This document shows positions 42,165 to 57,162 of a stretch of DNA of 64,000 nt, piece by piece. Below the pieces are notes generated by a model, which was given only the letters and a program-made list of their open reading frames with translations, ran no database searches and was not told the DNA's origin. The DNA is from the human T2T-CHM13v2.0 reference genome, Homo sapiens: the NCBI RefSeq assembly GCF_009914755.1, contig NC_060929.1; one strand, written 5' to 3'. Position numbers and translations under genes: made by a program. Every line of letters starts with the position of its first letter. The first letter of the stretch is position 1.

Positions 42165-45100
42165 TTATTGATATAAAATATCCATACATATTTATGAGGT
42201 GCATGTGATATTTTGCTGCATATATAGAATGTGTAATAATCAAGTCGCTTTATTTGGGGTGTCCACCGCTTTGACCAATTAACATTTTTACGTGTTGGAA
42301 ATATTTCAAGTCCTCTCTTCCAGCTATTTTGAAATATGCAATATATTGTTATTAACTTTAGTCACGCTGCTCTGCTATCAAACATTAGAACTTACTTTTT
42401 GTATCTAACTCTATGTTTGTATCTATTAATGAACTTCTCTTATTCTCCCCCTCTCTATTCACAACCTGGTATTTTTCATTCTACTCTCAGCCTCTGGTAT
42501 TTATCATTCTACTCTCTACCTCCATAAGATCTATTTTTTTGGCTCCCTCATATGAATGAAAACATACAATATTTGCCTTTCTATGCCTGACGTATTTCAC
42601 TTAACATAATGACCTCCACTTCCACACATGTTGCTGCAAATGACATGATTTCATTCTTTTTCATGACCAAATAGTATTCCCTTGTATATGTGTACCCCAT
42701 TTCCTTAATCCATTCATCTGTCAATAGACATTTAGGTCAATTCCATATTTTTTCTATTGTGAATGGTGCTGCAATAAACATAGGAGTTTAGGTATCCATT
42801 TGATATACTGATTTATTATCTTTTTGATAAATATCCAGTAGTAGGATTGCTGGGTTGCATAGTAATTCTATTTTGGGGTTTTTTGGAGTGTATTTTTATG
42901 TTTATTTTTTGCAAATCTGCAAATCTCCACGTTGCTTTCAATTGTGGCAATACTAATTTATATTTCCATCAACAGTGTGAGTACCCCTTTCTCCACCGGC
43001 ATCTATTTTTTTGTCTTTTTAATAATACCCATTCTAAATGGGGTAATTTTATATCTTATGGTAGTTTTGATTTACACTTCTCTAATTATTGGGGATGTTG
43101 AGCACTCTCTTATATATCTGTGGGTCATTTGTATATCTTCTTTTCTTTTTCTTTCTTTTTTTCTTTTTCTTTTTCTTTTTTTAATAGAGAAGGGCCTCAG
43201 TATATTACCCATGCTGGTCTCAAGCCACCTCCCTACCTCAGCCTTCTATAATGCTGGATTACAGGTGTTGGTCACCATGTCCGGCATGTATATCTTCTTT
43301 TGAGAAACATCTATTCATGCCCTTTGCCCATTTTTTAATGAGACTATTTGTTTTTTTTTTACTGTTGAGTTTCCAACTTCCTTGTTTATTCTGGATATTA
43401 GTCCCTTGTTGGATAAATAGTTTGCAAATAACTTCAGTCCTTCAACAGGGTGTCTCTTCATTCTTTTATTTCTTTTGCTGTGCACAAAACTTTTTAGTTT
43501 AATACAGTTCCATTTTTCTATTTCTGTTATTGTTGCCTATGCTTTTGAGGTCTTAGCCATAAAATCTTTGCCTAGACCAATATCCTGAAGTGTTTCACCT
43601 ATGTTTTCTTCTAGTAGTTTTATAGTTTGGGATCTTACTTTGAAGTTTTTACTCCATCTTGAGTGGATTTTTTTTTATATAGTGAGAGATAGGGGTCCAA
43701 TTTCACCCTTCTGCATATAGACATCTAACTTTCCTACCACCACGTATTAAAGAGGTTGTCTTTTTCCCAGTGTATTTTCTTGGCACCACTGTTGACAATC
43801 AGTTGAGTGTAAATATGTGGATTTATTTCTGGGGTCTCTATTCTAGTCCAATTGTCTATGTGTCTGTTTTTATCCCAATAGCATGCTGTTTAGGTTACTA
43901 TACATATACTTGTAATGTGTTTTGAAGTCAGGTAGTGTGATGCCTTCAGCTTTGTTTTTATGTTTTGTTTTGCTTTTTTGGTTTGTTGTCTTTCCTGTTT
44001 GTTTCTTTTTTCTGTTTCTGTGAGAACTGACATTGATACTTTGATAGGAATTGAATTGAATCTGTAGATTGCTATAGGCGGTATGATTATTTTAATGATA
44101 TTACATCTTCTGATCCTTGAGCATGGAATGTCTTCATTTGTTTCTGTTCTCTTCAATTTCTTTCATTAATGTCTTACAGTTTGTCTTGTAGAAGTCTCTT
44201 AACTCCTTGGTTAAACTTATTTCTAGGTATTTTACTTGTAGCTACTGTAAATGGGGTTGCCTTCTTGATTTCTTTCTTAACTAGTTTATTATTGGTGTAT
44301 ATAAACTCTACTGATTTTTGTAAGTTAATTTTCTATCTTGCAGCTCCACTAATTTTCTATCCTGTAATTGCACTAATTTTGTTTATAAGTTTCAAGAGTC
44401 TTTTCAGTGGAGTCTTTAGGGATTTTCTAGACATAAGGTCATAACATCTGCAGAGAGATATAGTTTGACTTCCTCTTTTCCAATTTGGATAACTTCTATT
44501 TATTTCTCTTGCCTAATTGTCTGGCTAGGACTTCCAGTACTATGTTGAGTAGGACTGGTGGAAGCAGTCATCCTTGTCTTGTACCAGTTCTTACAGGAAA
44601 AACTTCCACTTTTAACAATTCAGTATGATGTTAGCTGTGGGTTTGTCATGTATGGTCTTTATTATGTTGAGGTATGTTCCTTCAATTCATAATTTGTTGA
44701 GAGTTTTTATCATGAAGGGATGTTAAATTTAATAAAATTTTATAAAATTTAATACCCCTTTATGATATAACATTTAAATATTATAACATTAACATTTTTG
44801 CATATATGGATATGATACATGGTTCTTAATCCTCATTCTGTTGATGTGATGCATCACATTTATTGATCTGCATGTGTTGAACTATCCTTGCATCCCTGGT
44901 ATAAATCACACTTGATCATGGTATATTACATTTTTCATGTGCTGTTAGATTACTTTGTTAGTATGTTGTTGAGGAATTTCGCATCAATATTCTTCAGAAA
45001 TATTGCCCTGTAGATTTTTTGTTGTCATTATTGCATTATTGTCCAGCTTTTGTAACATGGTAATAATGGCCTCAGAGAATGAGTTAGGAAGAATTCCTTC

Positions 45101-48100
45101 CTCTCCAATTTTTCGGAGCAATTTGAGGAGAATTGATATTAGAAAGCCTGGTAGAATTCAGCAGCAAAGCCATCAGGTCCTACAGTTTTCTATGTTGGGA
45201 AATTTTTTATTACAAATTCAATCTCATTACTTGTTATTGGCCTGTTCAGGTTCTGTATTTCTTCCTAAATCAATCTTGTCAGAGTGTATGTTTACAGGAA
45301 TTTATCCATTTTTTCTAGTTTTTTTTTTTTTGGTTTGTTGGTATCTAGTTGATCATAATATTCTCTGATGATCTTTTGTATTTCTGTGGCATCAGTTATA
45401 AAATCTTATTTTTATTTCTGATTTTGTTTATTTGGGTCTTCTCTCTTTTTTTAGTTCCTTGAAGTGCACCACGAGATTGTTTATTTGGACTCTACTTTTT
45501 TGATGTACGCTTTTATTGCTATAACATTTCCTCTTAGCATTGCATTTGCTATATTACAATGGTTTTGGTACATCTTGTTTCAATTTATATTTGTTTTAAT
45601 AAATTTTTTAGTTCCTCCTTAATTTTTCCTTGACCCAATGGTTATCAAGAAACTTTTTGTTTAATTTCCATGTATTTGTAGAGTTTCTCAAGTTCCTCTT
45701 GTTATTGATTTCTTATTTTACTCATTTGTGATCTGAGAAGAGACTTGATAAGATTTTAATTTTTTTGATTTGTTGAAACTTGTTTTGTGTGCTAACATAT
45801 GATCAATTCTGAAGAATGTTCCATGGACTGATGAAAATAATACACATTCTGTAACTGGTGGATGAAATGGTCTATAAATGTCTGTTTGATCTATTTGACC
45901 TAATATGTAGTTTAAATCCAATATTTCATTGTTAATTTTCTATCTTGATGATCTGTATAGTGCTGAGATTGGGTTGTCAAAGTGTACAAATGCTATTGTA
46001 TTGGAGTCTATCACTCTTTTTAGATTAATATTTGCTTTATATATCTGGTTGCTTTGGTGTTAGGTACATATATGTTTAGTATTATTATATTCCCTTGCTA
46101 AACTGATCCCTTTGTCTTTATTTAATGACCTTATTTGTCGTTTTTTGTTTGTTTGTTTAAGTCTATTTCATTTTATATAAGGATAGCTACTCCTGCTTTG
46201 TTTTATGTTTGTTGGAATATCTTTTCCTATAACTAAAATTTCATTCTATACGTGCCTTTATAGGTAACATGAGTTTCTTCTGGGCAGCATATAGTTGGGT
46301 CATTTTTTTTTATTCATTTAGCCAATCTGGGTATTTTAAGTGGAAATTTAATCCATTTATATTCAAAGTTATTATTAATATGTGAGGCTTTATTCCTGTC
46401 AGTTTATTAAGTGAATTCTGATTGTTTTGTGTATCCTTTGTTCCTTTCCTTCTATCTTATGATTTATCATAGTGATTTAGTGATTTTCCTATAGTGGTAA
46501 CAATTAAGTCCTCTCTTTTCCTTATTTGTATATTTGCTCTATCAGTGGGTTTTACATTTCATGTATTTTCATGTTCATACTTTAATGTGTTTTCATGTTA
46601 ATAGATATCATCTCTTTTGCTTCTGCATGTAAGACTCCCATAAGCATGTCTTATAGGACTGGTTTGGGGGTGACAAATTCCCTCTGCTTTTTCTGATCTG
46701 GAAAACCTTTATTTCTCCTTCATTTTTGAAGGATAACTTTGCCGAATATACTATTCCCGGATGTCAGGTTTTTTTCTTTCAGCATTTACAATATGTCATT
46801 TCATTATCTCCTGGCCTGTATGGTTTCTACTGAGAAATGTACTATTAGTTTGATGAAACCTTCATTAAAAGGGACTAGATGCTTTTTTTTTGATGTTTTA
46901 TAATTATCTCTTTTTCTTTGGCTTTTGACAGTTTGACTATAATATGCCATGCAGAAGACCTTTTTGCATTGTATATGTTTGAAGATATCTGAGCTTCCTA
47001 TATCTATATGTTTAAATCTCTTGCTGCCCTTGGAACACTTTCTGCTATTATTTAATTAAATGGGTTTTCTAAAACTTTCATTTTATCTTTGCTTTCTGGG
47101 AGAATGAAAAATTGAATATTTACTCACTTTATGGTATTCCATATGTCATGTAGGTTTTGTTCATTCTTTTTTATTCTTTCTTCATTACTTTTGTATGCCT
47201 GGGTAATTTCAAAAGATCTGTCTTCATGTTACATGATTATTTCTTCTCCTTGGACTAGTCTATTGTTGGATTTCAAGTGTATTTTGTATTTTATTCAAAG
47301 ATTTCTTCAGTTTTATTTTTCTGTATTTTCTTGTATCTGACTGACCTACTTTGATATCATTATTTTTAATTATTTATCTGGGATTTTATAAGTTTCTTCT
47401 TGATTGGTATCTGTTGCTGGAGAATTATTATGTTCCTCTGGAGGTGCCATATTTCCTTGCTTTTTAGTGTTTCTTGTGTCCATATGTTACAACTATGCAT
47501 CTGGTGTAACAGAAATCTCTTTTAATTTTTAGAATTTGCTTTCATAGGAGAGGACTTTTTTCTGAAGATGTAGCTATGGTGTTGGCTGGGCAGAGGACTG
47601 TGGTTTTGATTCTGGGTGCATGCAATAGTTTATTCTTTATTATTTATTTGGCTGTAAACTGCATCAGGGCAGTCTGTGATTTTCTCAGTTGTTGGTGGAG
47701 GTTGTAATGAAGTTTTGCTGGGTACAAGGACAACACGTGAGCTTATCCTCAGACCCCAGTGGTTGCAGTGGTGACCCAAGCGTGCTTATCCTTGGGCCTC
47801 TAGGTGGCTTGTTCAAGTGCCAGTAGTAGTGGTAACAGTGGTCCAGGCAGATGAGTGGCAGTGGGTGTGGTATGGGTGACAGTAGTAGCAGTGGTGGGAC
47901 AAACCTCTGGGTCCAAGTGATCCAGGCTGGTGTTGGCCATGGCTGTGACAGGCTGGATGGACAGCCCTAAGCCCATGGATGCATGTGAGTAGGTTCCCAC
48001 TGTGGTGGTAGCAGCAGGTTAGGTGGGTCCAACCTCAGCCCCTAGGCAGAGTGCTCATGTGCCAAGAGTAGTGGACTAAACTGGGAGAGCCCCAGGCTCC

Positions 48101-49069
48101 TGGAGAGCATGCCTGGGCACCGGAGGGTTGGGCAGAGCTAGACTTGGCATACTTGTCCTCGGGCTCCCTGGTGGTGGCATACAGGTGCTGGCTGTGGTAG
48201 GCAGAGGTGGGATAAGTACCCTAGGTCCACAGTGGAATGCTCTGGAGGGGCCTGGAGAGTCTCTGTAGAGGCTGATGTGCTGCAGCCTTGTTACTGGGGA
48301 GGGCAGAGTCACTTTCAGTGGCAGCAGCATTAAGTATATAGGTGACTAGGGAGCATGCTGTTTGCTGGCACTTCAGGCTTGGCCACAGCAACTCACAGTG
48401 ACAGCTGCTGTGGTCAAGGAAGTCTGTCCTTGGAGGCTATGAAAATATTCAGCAGTTTCACTGCTAGGGGCATCAGGGTCTTTGACGATGGTTCACACTT
48501 CAGTGCTGGAGGCAGCAAATTGCTGTGGCAATGGCTGCAGGCAGGAAATGTTAGTGGGGTTTCAGAGATGTGGAGTCAGGGGCTGATGGGCTTCCAGGCA
48601 GGAGGCAGTCTGGTGGGGGCTGGGCTCTCAATATGGCAACTTGTTGTGGCTGCTTAGAGCTTGGAGGATGTGTGGGATCCAGCTTGAGCTCCTTTTCTGG
48701 ATCAATGCCTCTGTGTGGTCTCTAGGTAGCTTGCTATGCTAGTCTCAAGGCCTGTGATGGCCTAGGGGCTTTCCCATGGATAACATGTGGGAGTTTATGG
48801 TGGAAAAGTTGAGCACTTGGGGCTATTCAATTACCTTTTTCCCACATTGAAGAGCCTCTCCAGACTCTCAGCTAATTGCAAGTTGCCTCGCCTCCCTCTC
48901 CTTTCTTGCTTTAGGTGTTTCCTTTCACTTCTCTGTTGAATTCCAGTGATCTCTCTTAGATGATATATCCAAAATGTGATTATCTTCTCACAATTTTGGT
49001 TCTTCTATATGGAGGAAGCAAGTACCAGATGCCTCTCTAGTAAGTCATCTGGAAGCTGCTACTGCTGTG
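42165..49069 (-). mobile_element. LINE-1, L1MA4-like, near full-length decayed copy with 5'UTR
   Basis: L1MA 3'UTR from 42165. ORF2 remnants (45718-45921 DIYRPFHP...GTFFRIDHML, EN domain). ORF1 ~46600-47530. GC-rich, CpG-depleted 5'UTR ~47560-49056 ending near gtcatctggaag. Confidence 0.88.
43145..43286 (-). mobile_element. Free left Alu monomer (FLAM) inside the L1MA4-like element
   Basis: Single Alu arm with a T-rich tail; perfect 15-bp TSD tgtatatcttctttt (43130-43144 / 43287-43301). Confidence 0.85.
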
Positions 49070-51814
49070 TCTTTCATCCTTTGTAATCTATGAGTGAAGG
49101 TATAGTGTGAGAGTACAATAAAATCCTGAGCAGATTAAGCCATTTCACTCATTTCTAGATTTCCTTGGAGAGCATAAGCAAGTAAAACGTGTTCAGACTG
49201 AAATCACAGCTCTTATCCTCCAGGCTCCATTACTTTCCACAACATGCCTTTAGCCCTCTGGACCAAGAGAAGAACCTGTAATTCTTTCGTAACAGTTGAT
49301 ACTGTACGCTTCTCTCTTAACTCATCGTGTTTCCCTAAGTAACAATAACAACTTGCACTTGCATAGGTCTATGTTTTTCTGCAATCACCACCTGAATCTT
49401 AAGGAATGTTAAGCATATTATCTCTTGCCAAAAAAAAATGTCCAGAATAGCAATTAATGCTATTAAAATATATCTTTACCAAGGATATAGTCATTACTTA
49501 TCCTTAACAAATGGTAGACTAATAAATATTTAGGACAGGGTGACTATAATTTTACTTATATAAAAACCATAATTCAACATGATCATGTAATTTGATCTGT
49601 TCCTAATAATACTTTCTCTGTTATGATTGCTCATAGTATTTCTTTTTAAATCATACTACAAATCAAATCTCCAAAGAGACTCAAACATTTGAAACCATAT
49701 CTACTACTATAAAATGATAGCAGTTCTAAATATTCAGGCCTATAAAAATAGAGAAGGACGTGATGCTATGTTACACCCAATTATTCAAAAATGATTCAAA
49801 GGCAAACACAAGGTGAAATATTAACACTCACACTACAGATCAGATTTCTGTACATTAAACTTCAATACTGCAGATAATCAACACTTTTGACTGAAAGTTT
49901 GGATAAGAGTTCACCAAAAAATGAGAATACAGGTTTCCCCAGTCTCAGAAAAAGAAAAGATTGCCCTACAATCATGGCAGGTAACCACGAGGAATAATTT
50001 AATCAATGATAACTCAGCTCCATGACATCACTTTTTAAACCTATTCGACTAGTGATAGGACACAGTTTTGAATCCACTGATTGGCAGCAAAGACATGTCA
50101 GTAACAACTCTTGTGAATGCCAGCCAGATCATACCACCACACACACACCTATAATAATAATCACCCAGATAACAGTAACAAATACCTAAATACCTCTACC
50201 TCTTGAAGTCCACCAACGTCTTAACTACACATTTCTCAGAATCACATAGAAATCTTGCTCAGTTTGGAGAAGTCGTTTCTGCAAACTTAGTTCTCTGACT
50301 TAGGCATACAATGAGTTTAACTTTACTTAGTGGTGTCCTCCTCCTTTGACAGTCCAATAAAAAGATCCCAGTAATCAATTTCATATTTTATAGTGATGAT
50401 GTTGCTTTCTGTCTTTTAAGTATGTAGAAAATAAATGCAGGGAATAGTAGGAAACATGCCTGCCTACTGGCAGATAGATTCAGCAAATATTCTAAATTTT
50501 ATCAAGGGAAAACTTTTTGTCATTTAAGAAAAATAGATAGATTAAAAAGTTAATTTTATGACAGAAAATTCAGAAGCACTTTCCTTAGTTTCTCTTAAAA
50601 GAAACACAGCAGCAGATATTTCTCAGATAGTCCTACCTTCAGGTAAGCAGGCTAGAGTGCTGTCAGCTGTAAGTTATTTCTTAAATTTTGTCTTGCTCTG
50701 CTTTTTTGCATTTACATTCTTTGTGGACTTGGAATTTATCTAACTTCTTTTATAGCTTTGCCTGAGTTCATACGTGAGAGAAACAAATAGTAAACTTTAT
50801 ATGTATAATGCTAATTATGTATAATATGGTATCATATGTTTCAGACTTTTTTTGTAGAATAACCATCTCTTTTTGGATTTGATGAGAACACATAACACCA
50901 GACACCACTCTCCCTGCCACAAGCACAAATTACAAACATATAACTCATTAAAACTCTTGCAGAACAGAAAACCCAACATGACATTTAGCATTCCTTTAAA
51001 GGAAAGACAGCAAAGGGCCAAGGAACAATCATCTTTTAATTTAGTATTTTAAATCCTCTTTGACATTAATCCACTATTGTTTACAAACTCATACCTGCTT
51101 CTGTACAACGTGAAAGCAAAAGAAATCATTTCATATTAGAAGGGGCATAAAATTTGATTTCTCCTTTGGTGGTAGAAGAATTGGGGATCATTCAAATGAT
51201 GCACAAACTATGATGTATTAATACACTCTTACAAGTGGTAATATGGCCATGAACATAAAATATTTCCTTACATGTTATTCAAAGTTAATTTCAATTTTAA
51301 TAATGGCCATCTGACCTGATGTTTAAATGATTCATAACAACTGATTAAGTGACACGAGAATCATTGAGTCAACATTTCTATATTGCTATAATTTAAGAGT
51401 CTGTGCCTTAATAATTTGAAATGTTTCCGTAATATCCTACTTAACACTGTTCGCTAATGAGATGTTTTCAAATTGCATTATTCCTTCGAGCATATGCATA
51501 AATATAGTCTTTCCTTCAATTCTTTATAATAACAATTTGCTTTGCCAAAAAAAGAGGATTAGTTATTCCTAAAACCATAGAAAGAGTAGAAAATGCAGAG
51601 TCTAAATTTTTTGAAAAAGACACCACATAATTCCCAGTTTATTTCAGGTTTACCTTCTTTGAGTCCCCAGATCATGCTGGATGTTGAGTACAAAACTGAG
51701 CATGTTCTCCTAGCCTTTAGGATTGATGTAAATATAGGACACACCTTAATGAGGAAATCAACAAACTACCACTGTGTAAGTTACACATTTAAGAGACATT
51801 AGTTGCACTTGCTA

Positions 51815-52262
51815 TATCCAGTCAGTACCTTAAGAGGAATTAGCACACTCAGATGGGATATTTATAATGCTGTGTGTAAGCTTAAAATAAAACCAAAAGG
51901 GATGTTTTAGCACCCAGAGTACAATAAGGACAATGATCTTTTCTCAACCATGGGCAGATGCTAAGAGGAGGGAGCTTCTTTCAAAACTCAAAGAGAGAGT
52001 AATTGCTATAGAAAAGGAACACCCAAAAGAAGCAGCATCCTTACAGGAAGGATCACAGCTCCTACAAACCCATGGTCTGGCTGGCAGGGAACCCCAGGAA
52101 TAAATACCTAAACCTCATTCTCCCCCATTGCACAAGCTCAATGGGGAGTTTGGAGAGAGTGGAACCAAATGAAACGGTTCATAAAGGTCATCCTGAGAAG
52201 GAAAGCACAGTGAAAAAGGGAGGAAACAGATCTAGGGCAGCAAATTCAACTTGTCCAGCACA
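51815..52262 (-). mobile_element. ERVL LTR, LTR33-like
   Basis: Reverse complement begins tgtgctggacaagttgaatttgctgccctagatc, resembling the LTR33 5' end. Confidence 0.6.
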
Positions 52263-52299
52263 TATGCCCTGTTGCTTTTCCTTTTTGCGGAAATCCTCT

Positions 52300-52724
52300 T
52301 CAAGGTTTGGATCTGTGTCCCCACGAAACCTCATGTCAAATTGTAATCCCCAGTGTTGGAGGTGGAGGCTGGTAGGAGGCGCTTGGTTCCTGGGGATGGT
52401 TTCTCACAAATGGTTTAGCATCGTCCCCTCGGTGCTGTTCTCGTGATAGTGAGTGAATTTCGTGAGATCTGGTTGTTTAAAAGTGTGTGGCAACTCCCCC
52501 ACCTCTTTCTCCTCCTCCAGACATGTAAAGTGCTGGCTTCCCTTTCATCTTCTGTCATAATTGTAAGTTTCCTAAGACTCCCCCAGCCCCTACTCCAAGC
52601 CGAGCAGATGCCAGCATCATGCTTCCTGTACAGCCTGCAGAACCCGGAGCCAATTAAACCTCTTTTCTTTATAAATTACCCAGTCTCAGGTATTTCATTA
52701 GCAATGTGAGAATGGACTAATACA
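52300..52724 (+). mobile_element. MaLR solo LTR, MSTA-like
   Basis: ggtttggatctgtgtcccc...cttcctgtacagcctgcagaac...ggactaataca. Confidence 0.9.
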
Positions 52725-52824
52725 AACAGGAAGCAAGGACACCTCCTTTCTACTCAGGCTGTCCTCTTTGAGAGGTTAGCTGTGCTCCCAGCCCCTTATA
52801 TGGCTGCATTGTGGTTGTTTCTCT

Positions 52825-53075
52825 CTTGGAGACTTGCTCAGTGTGAACTCATCATGAGCAGAGACACTATCTCATTAATCGATGTCTCTCTAGTACATGG
52901 CAGGATACCTGGCGTTGCAAGTGTATTCTAGCCATGCATCTGTACTCCTAGCTACTCAGGAGACTGAGGCTGAAGGATCCCTTAAGCCCAGGAGTTGGAG
53001 ACCAGCCTCGGCAACATCGCAAGACCATGTCTCAAAAAAATAGTGTGTATCAGAAATTTTTATTGATTGAATAAC
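52825..53075 (+). mobile_element. L2 3' end interrupted by a FLAM
   Basis: catgagcagagacactatctc...ggatacctggc and a terminal tttattgattgaat. Confidence 0.45.
52931..53040 (+). mobile_element. Alu monomer (FLAM_A-like)
   Basis: ctagctactcaggagactgaggctgaaggatcccttaagcccaggagttggagaccagcc...gtctcaaaaaaa. Confidence 0.8.
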
Positions 53076-53104
53076 TATTGGAATTACCAAAATTTCACTG
53101 CAAA

Positions 53105-53318
53105 TTTATAATTTATAATTATATAAATATATGAGATAGAAGATGTTGTTATAATCTATGAATACAATGTGGAGTAATTAAATCAACCTAGTTAACATAT
53201 ACATCACCTCCAGTACTTAACATTTTTTATGGTGAGAACATTTGAAATGTACTCTCTTAGCAATTTTGAAATGTACGATTATCCACTATTGACTATATTC
53301 ATCTTGCTATGCAATAGA
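53105..53318 (-). mobile_element. LINE-1 3' end, L1MA7/8-like
   Basis: aattaaatcaacctagttaacatat...ggtgagaacatttgaaatgtactctcttagcaatttt. Confidence 0.75.
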
Positions 53319-54364
53319 ACATTTTAAATATTAAAGAATGTTATAAAAAATGACTGATTAAGTGGGGAATAATAAATACATTGGTATCCACTTCTTCCAG
53401 ACATACTATTAGAACTGTATTTACTTCAGGCAACCATCTCAATTTTTTTCCTGAGAACAATTTCACAGAGCTTTCAGACTACAGCATTTTCCTGTTATTC
53501 ATGACTATTATACATTCTCTGTAAGAGAAAATGTCCTAAAGAGAAATTGATGCATGACAGAGAACTCCAAGCCTCCCATTCTTTCCTAAGCTCTGCCCTC
53601 TGCCCCCTTTGTCCTTTGATTCTGCTCTGGTGATGTGCCCCTGACTAATCTCCAAACACAGAGGAAGCTCTTTCAGTGGTCCCCAAATTCACTCTTGACT
53701 CATCTTTCTAAATCAAATTAAAATTAAGGAAGGTTTTATGTTAACTCCTCCACACAATGAAGAATCCAAGTATATTTCTTTGTTTTCAACTCTAGTAGTT
53801 CTTTCAAATTAAACTATAACCTGTTAGACCCTGGTCTTGCTGGCTATTCTCCTCTCTTCCGGTGTTCCTTCCAGGGAATTCCAAATCCTGCACTTCTTTA
53901 TGCATTCCGTTACCTGTGTATGTCTCAGGAGTTCCCTGCCTTACTTGTAGTGGCTTTTTTAAAAATCAAAATATTTGTTCCATTCAAATACAGCATGAAG
54001 CTCAGCCTACTGCTATTGTTGAATGAATGTGAAATTGCAGAAGGAATAAGAATTAAATTATGTAAAATCAGCTTTCTTTTTAAATGAACTCATTTAATCC
54101 CTAGTCCCACCTGTATAAAATAGATACATTTTTAAACCCCATTTTATGAGATGAGATGCTGAATTTAATCAACCAGCTCCTCCTGTTGCACAACCCATAT
54201 TGTTTTGGCCTGATTGTATCAATCACCAGCACGAAGATGACCACGTGTGCTTTGTCCTCATCTAGACTCACTCCAATTTCCTAGTCAGGAAAGTCACCCT
54301 GCACTGAATAGTAAAGGAGTGAGGTTAGTGTTGGGGAATAAACAAAAACATGATTTACAGGATC

Positions 54365-54560
54365 AGAGCTTAGGGACCAGGAACTTCTGACTGTGGTGCA
54401 GATCTTCCTGGGCATAGATCCTGACTCCCTTAGTTGTTTACCGTGTCACTTCAGGAATGTTAGTTAACTTTTTAAGCCTCAATTTTCTCATAGAAAAGTG
54501 TGAATAATAAGGGAATCTGACTCAGGCATGGCATGAGAATTAGATTAGCTCAGGTGAGTT
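54365..54560 (+). mobile_element. MIR SINE
   Basis: gttagttaactttttaagcctcaattttctcat...ataata resembles the MIR core. Confidence 0.6.
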
Positions 54561-54925
54561 AATATTAACAAATAACCCACAGCTTGGTACACTATAATTT
54601 TGAAACCATATTTTATTTACCAAATACTTACACAACATATATTGTCTCCATTTGTTAAATGCCAAAGTGGAGAGATAGCTTCAGGCTGGTAATAAAGTTC
54701 CCCCAACTGTCACATCTTAGGACTCAAAAACATTTATCAAAAGGAAAAGAAAATTTAAAATGAAGGTCTTTGGCAGCCTATTAAAAGACAGGTCGGGAAC
54801 GTAGTATGTTCTTATGCTATAAAACAGCTTGTAGCTCTTTAGCAAATGCTCCCCCTACAAAGGATCTCATTTTATACTTTTATAAACTAGGAAAAAGGAC
54901 ACATTCTCATTTTAAACATGAGAAA

Positions 54926-55610
54926 TGCAGTGAATTCCTACCATTTTATGTTGCCTCCGTGTCCATTTTGAGTCGAAGTGTAACATTCTGATGTCAGAAG
55001 CAGAGCTAATCACCCTCAATACAGATTCCAGGGCTCCATCTCCTCCCAGTTCCTCAGTGTGGTGGATCCAGTATAGTGTTGCCTCACACTATGAGACAAC
55101 TACATACATCTTTCTTGACTCACCCTACTGACCCGCACACCCACACAGACTGCACAGGTATGCTTCAGAGACACCCTCTTAGTTGCAGCATGAATCCACG
55201 GGACTCCTCCCTGTTTGCTCTAAACCCACCAATTACAACTTCCCATGTGAAACTTACTTGGGCGATAACTTGCACCCCAGTAAAGGCTTTGGCTCCCAGG
55301 TCTGTTGTTTCCTGTCTCCTGCTCCCACCTGCTGATGGAGCATACATGTCCTGATGGCTCTCCCCTTCCCCCTGGCCTTGTGAGGCACACTGTCCTCTTC
55401 TCCCTGGGATCTGTAAGTAATAATCTGCCTCTGTTATTTCATGTGTTTGTTGAGTTCTCTCATGTGTTTCTTACTCACCCAAAACACCTGATGCTAACCT
55501 CTTTCTCAGTCAGGGCCCTCCTAAACAGTGGCTATCTTGTTAGGAAAAAACCAGAAACAAGTGAGAAACAACCACCAGGGTGTCTGCCAATATAAACAAG
55601 CTTGGGGGAA
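54926..55610 (+). mobile_element. ERVL LTR, MER73/MER74-like, possibly with a short internal leader
   Basis: tgcagtgaattcctaccattttatgttgcctc start; ctcctcccagttcctcagtgtggt; taaacccaccaatta; gggatctgtaagtaataa. Confidence 0.7.
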
Positions 55611-55844
55611 AGGACTGATGCTGCACTCCAAAACAGAGACTCACCAAGTGGGAGGTACCAACTACATTCTTAATTCACACAAGTAAGGCACTACTCTACG
55701 ATAAGGTCTGGTGATCTCTTCATTAATATGCTTTATGCCATTTATGCAGATGGACCTCATCATCTAATTAAGTATCTGTATCTTCTTAGCACTCTAAAAT
55801 TCCAGAATGATTTTATCAAAGACTTTTTTAAAAAAGATAATTCT

Positions 55845-56270
55845 TCCAGCACTAGTGAAGAAACTTAGAAACAAGATAGAAATATAAATTGAGATAACCT
55901 TTCCAAAGGGCAATTTTGCAATCAAATCAAAAGCCTTAAATATGTCTATAACTTTGACCCAGTAACTTCATTTATGGAAAATATCCTAAGACATACTTAC
56001 AAAAATATTCATCACAGCCTTATTTGTAATAACACTTGGAAACCACCTAACTTTCCCCAAACACAGATTGTAATCCCTGACATGGAAACTATGAAGCCAT
56101 TTAACAGGATGAAGAAGAATACCTCTGAGCTTTTGCATGGAATGTGTTCACATATAACGTTAAATAAGGGAGAGCAAGTCAAATGACAATCAATCCTACA
56201 TTATAAAAATATTTGTGTATCCCTGATCAAACAGACATCTAATGATAGCAGTCATCTCTGGATGGCCAGT
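55845..56270 (+). mobile_element. Ancient LINE-1 3' fragment (L1ME-like)
   Basis: atcaaaagccttaaa...ctttgacccagtaa...atattcatcacagccttatttgtaata...tggaaaccacctaa. Confidence 0.65.
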
Positions 56271-56769
56271 TCACACAGCAAACTGCTTTTTATCTGCATA
56301 TTAACCATTCTGCCCTTCTTCTTACCTGAAGCTTCACCTTGGAATTGCAAGATACCCAGTTACAGAACTAAGTGTCCACCCTCTCTTGCACCTAGGGCTT
56401 TAACCAAATGAGAAGGTGCAGAGGTCTGCCAGCAGTTTTCAGGACAGGCCTGCTGCTGTACTGCAGGGACATCCCTACTCATCAACCCCTTTCACCCTCC
56501 ATCCCTCCTTCCCATTTTGTTTGCAATAATAGAAAAGAGAATCACTCGCAAGAAGAGAAGAGTAGAAAGATTGAAACAGTCTTTGCCCTGGAAGACCTTG
56601 GTAAGCCCTGGAATGCCAAATTTCAACTTTCTTATATAAGACACACAGCCTCTTGTGACTAAACCACACTTTCGTGGGTTTCTGTAATCCCCTAATATTC
56701 CTGATACAAGCATTTTGGTTAATTTTGAAACGTAGACAAGCAAAAAATTAATTTGAAAATGATTTTGTA

Positions 56770-57162
<393 letters not shown>

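Noticed and set aside
42465-42520. ~27-bp tandem duplication (ctggtatt..tcattctactctc twice)
   Set aside because: An ordinary slippage duplication inside an L1 3'UTR.
47560-48800. GC-rich stretch resembling a promoter or CpG island
   Set aside because: It is CpG-depleted and explained as the L1MA 5'UTR.
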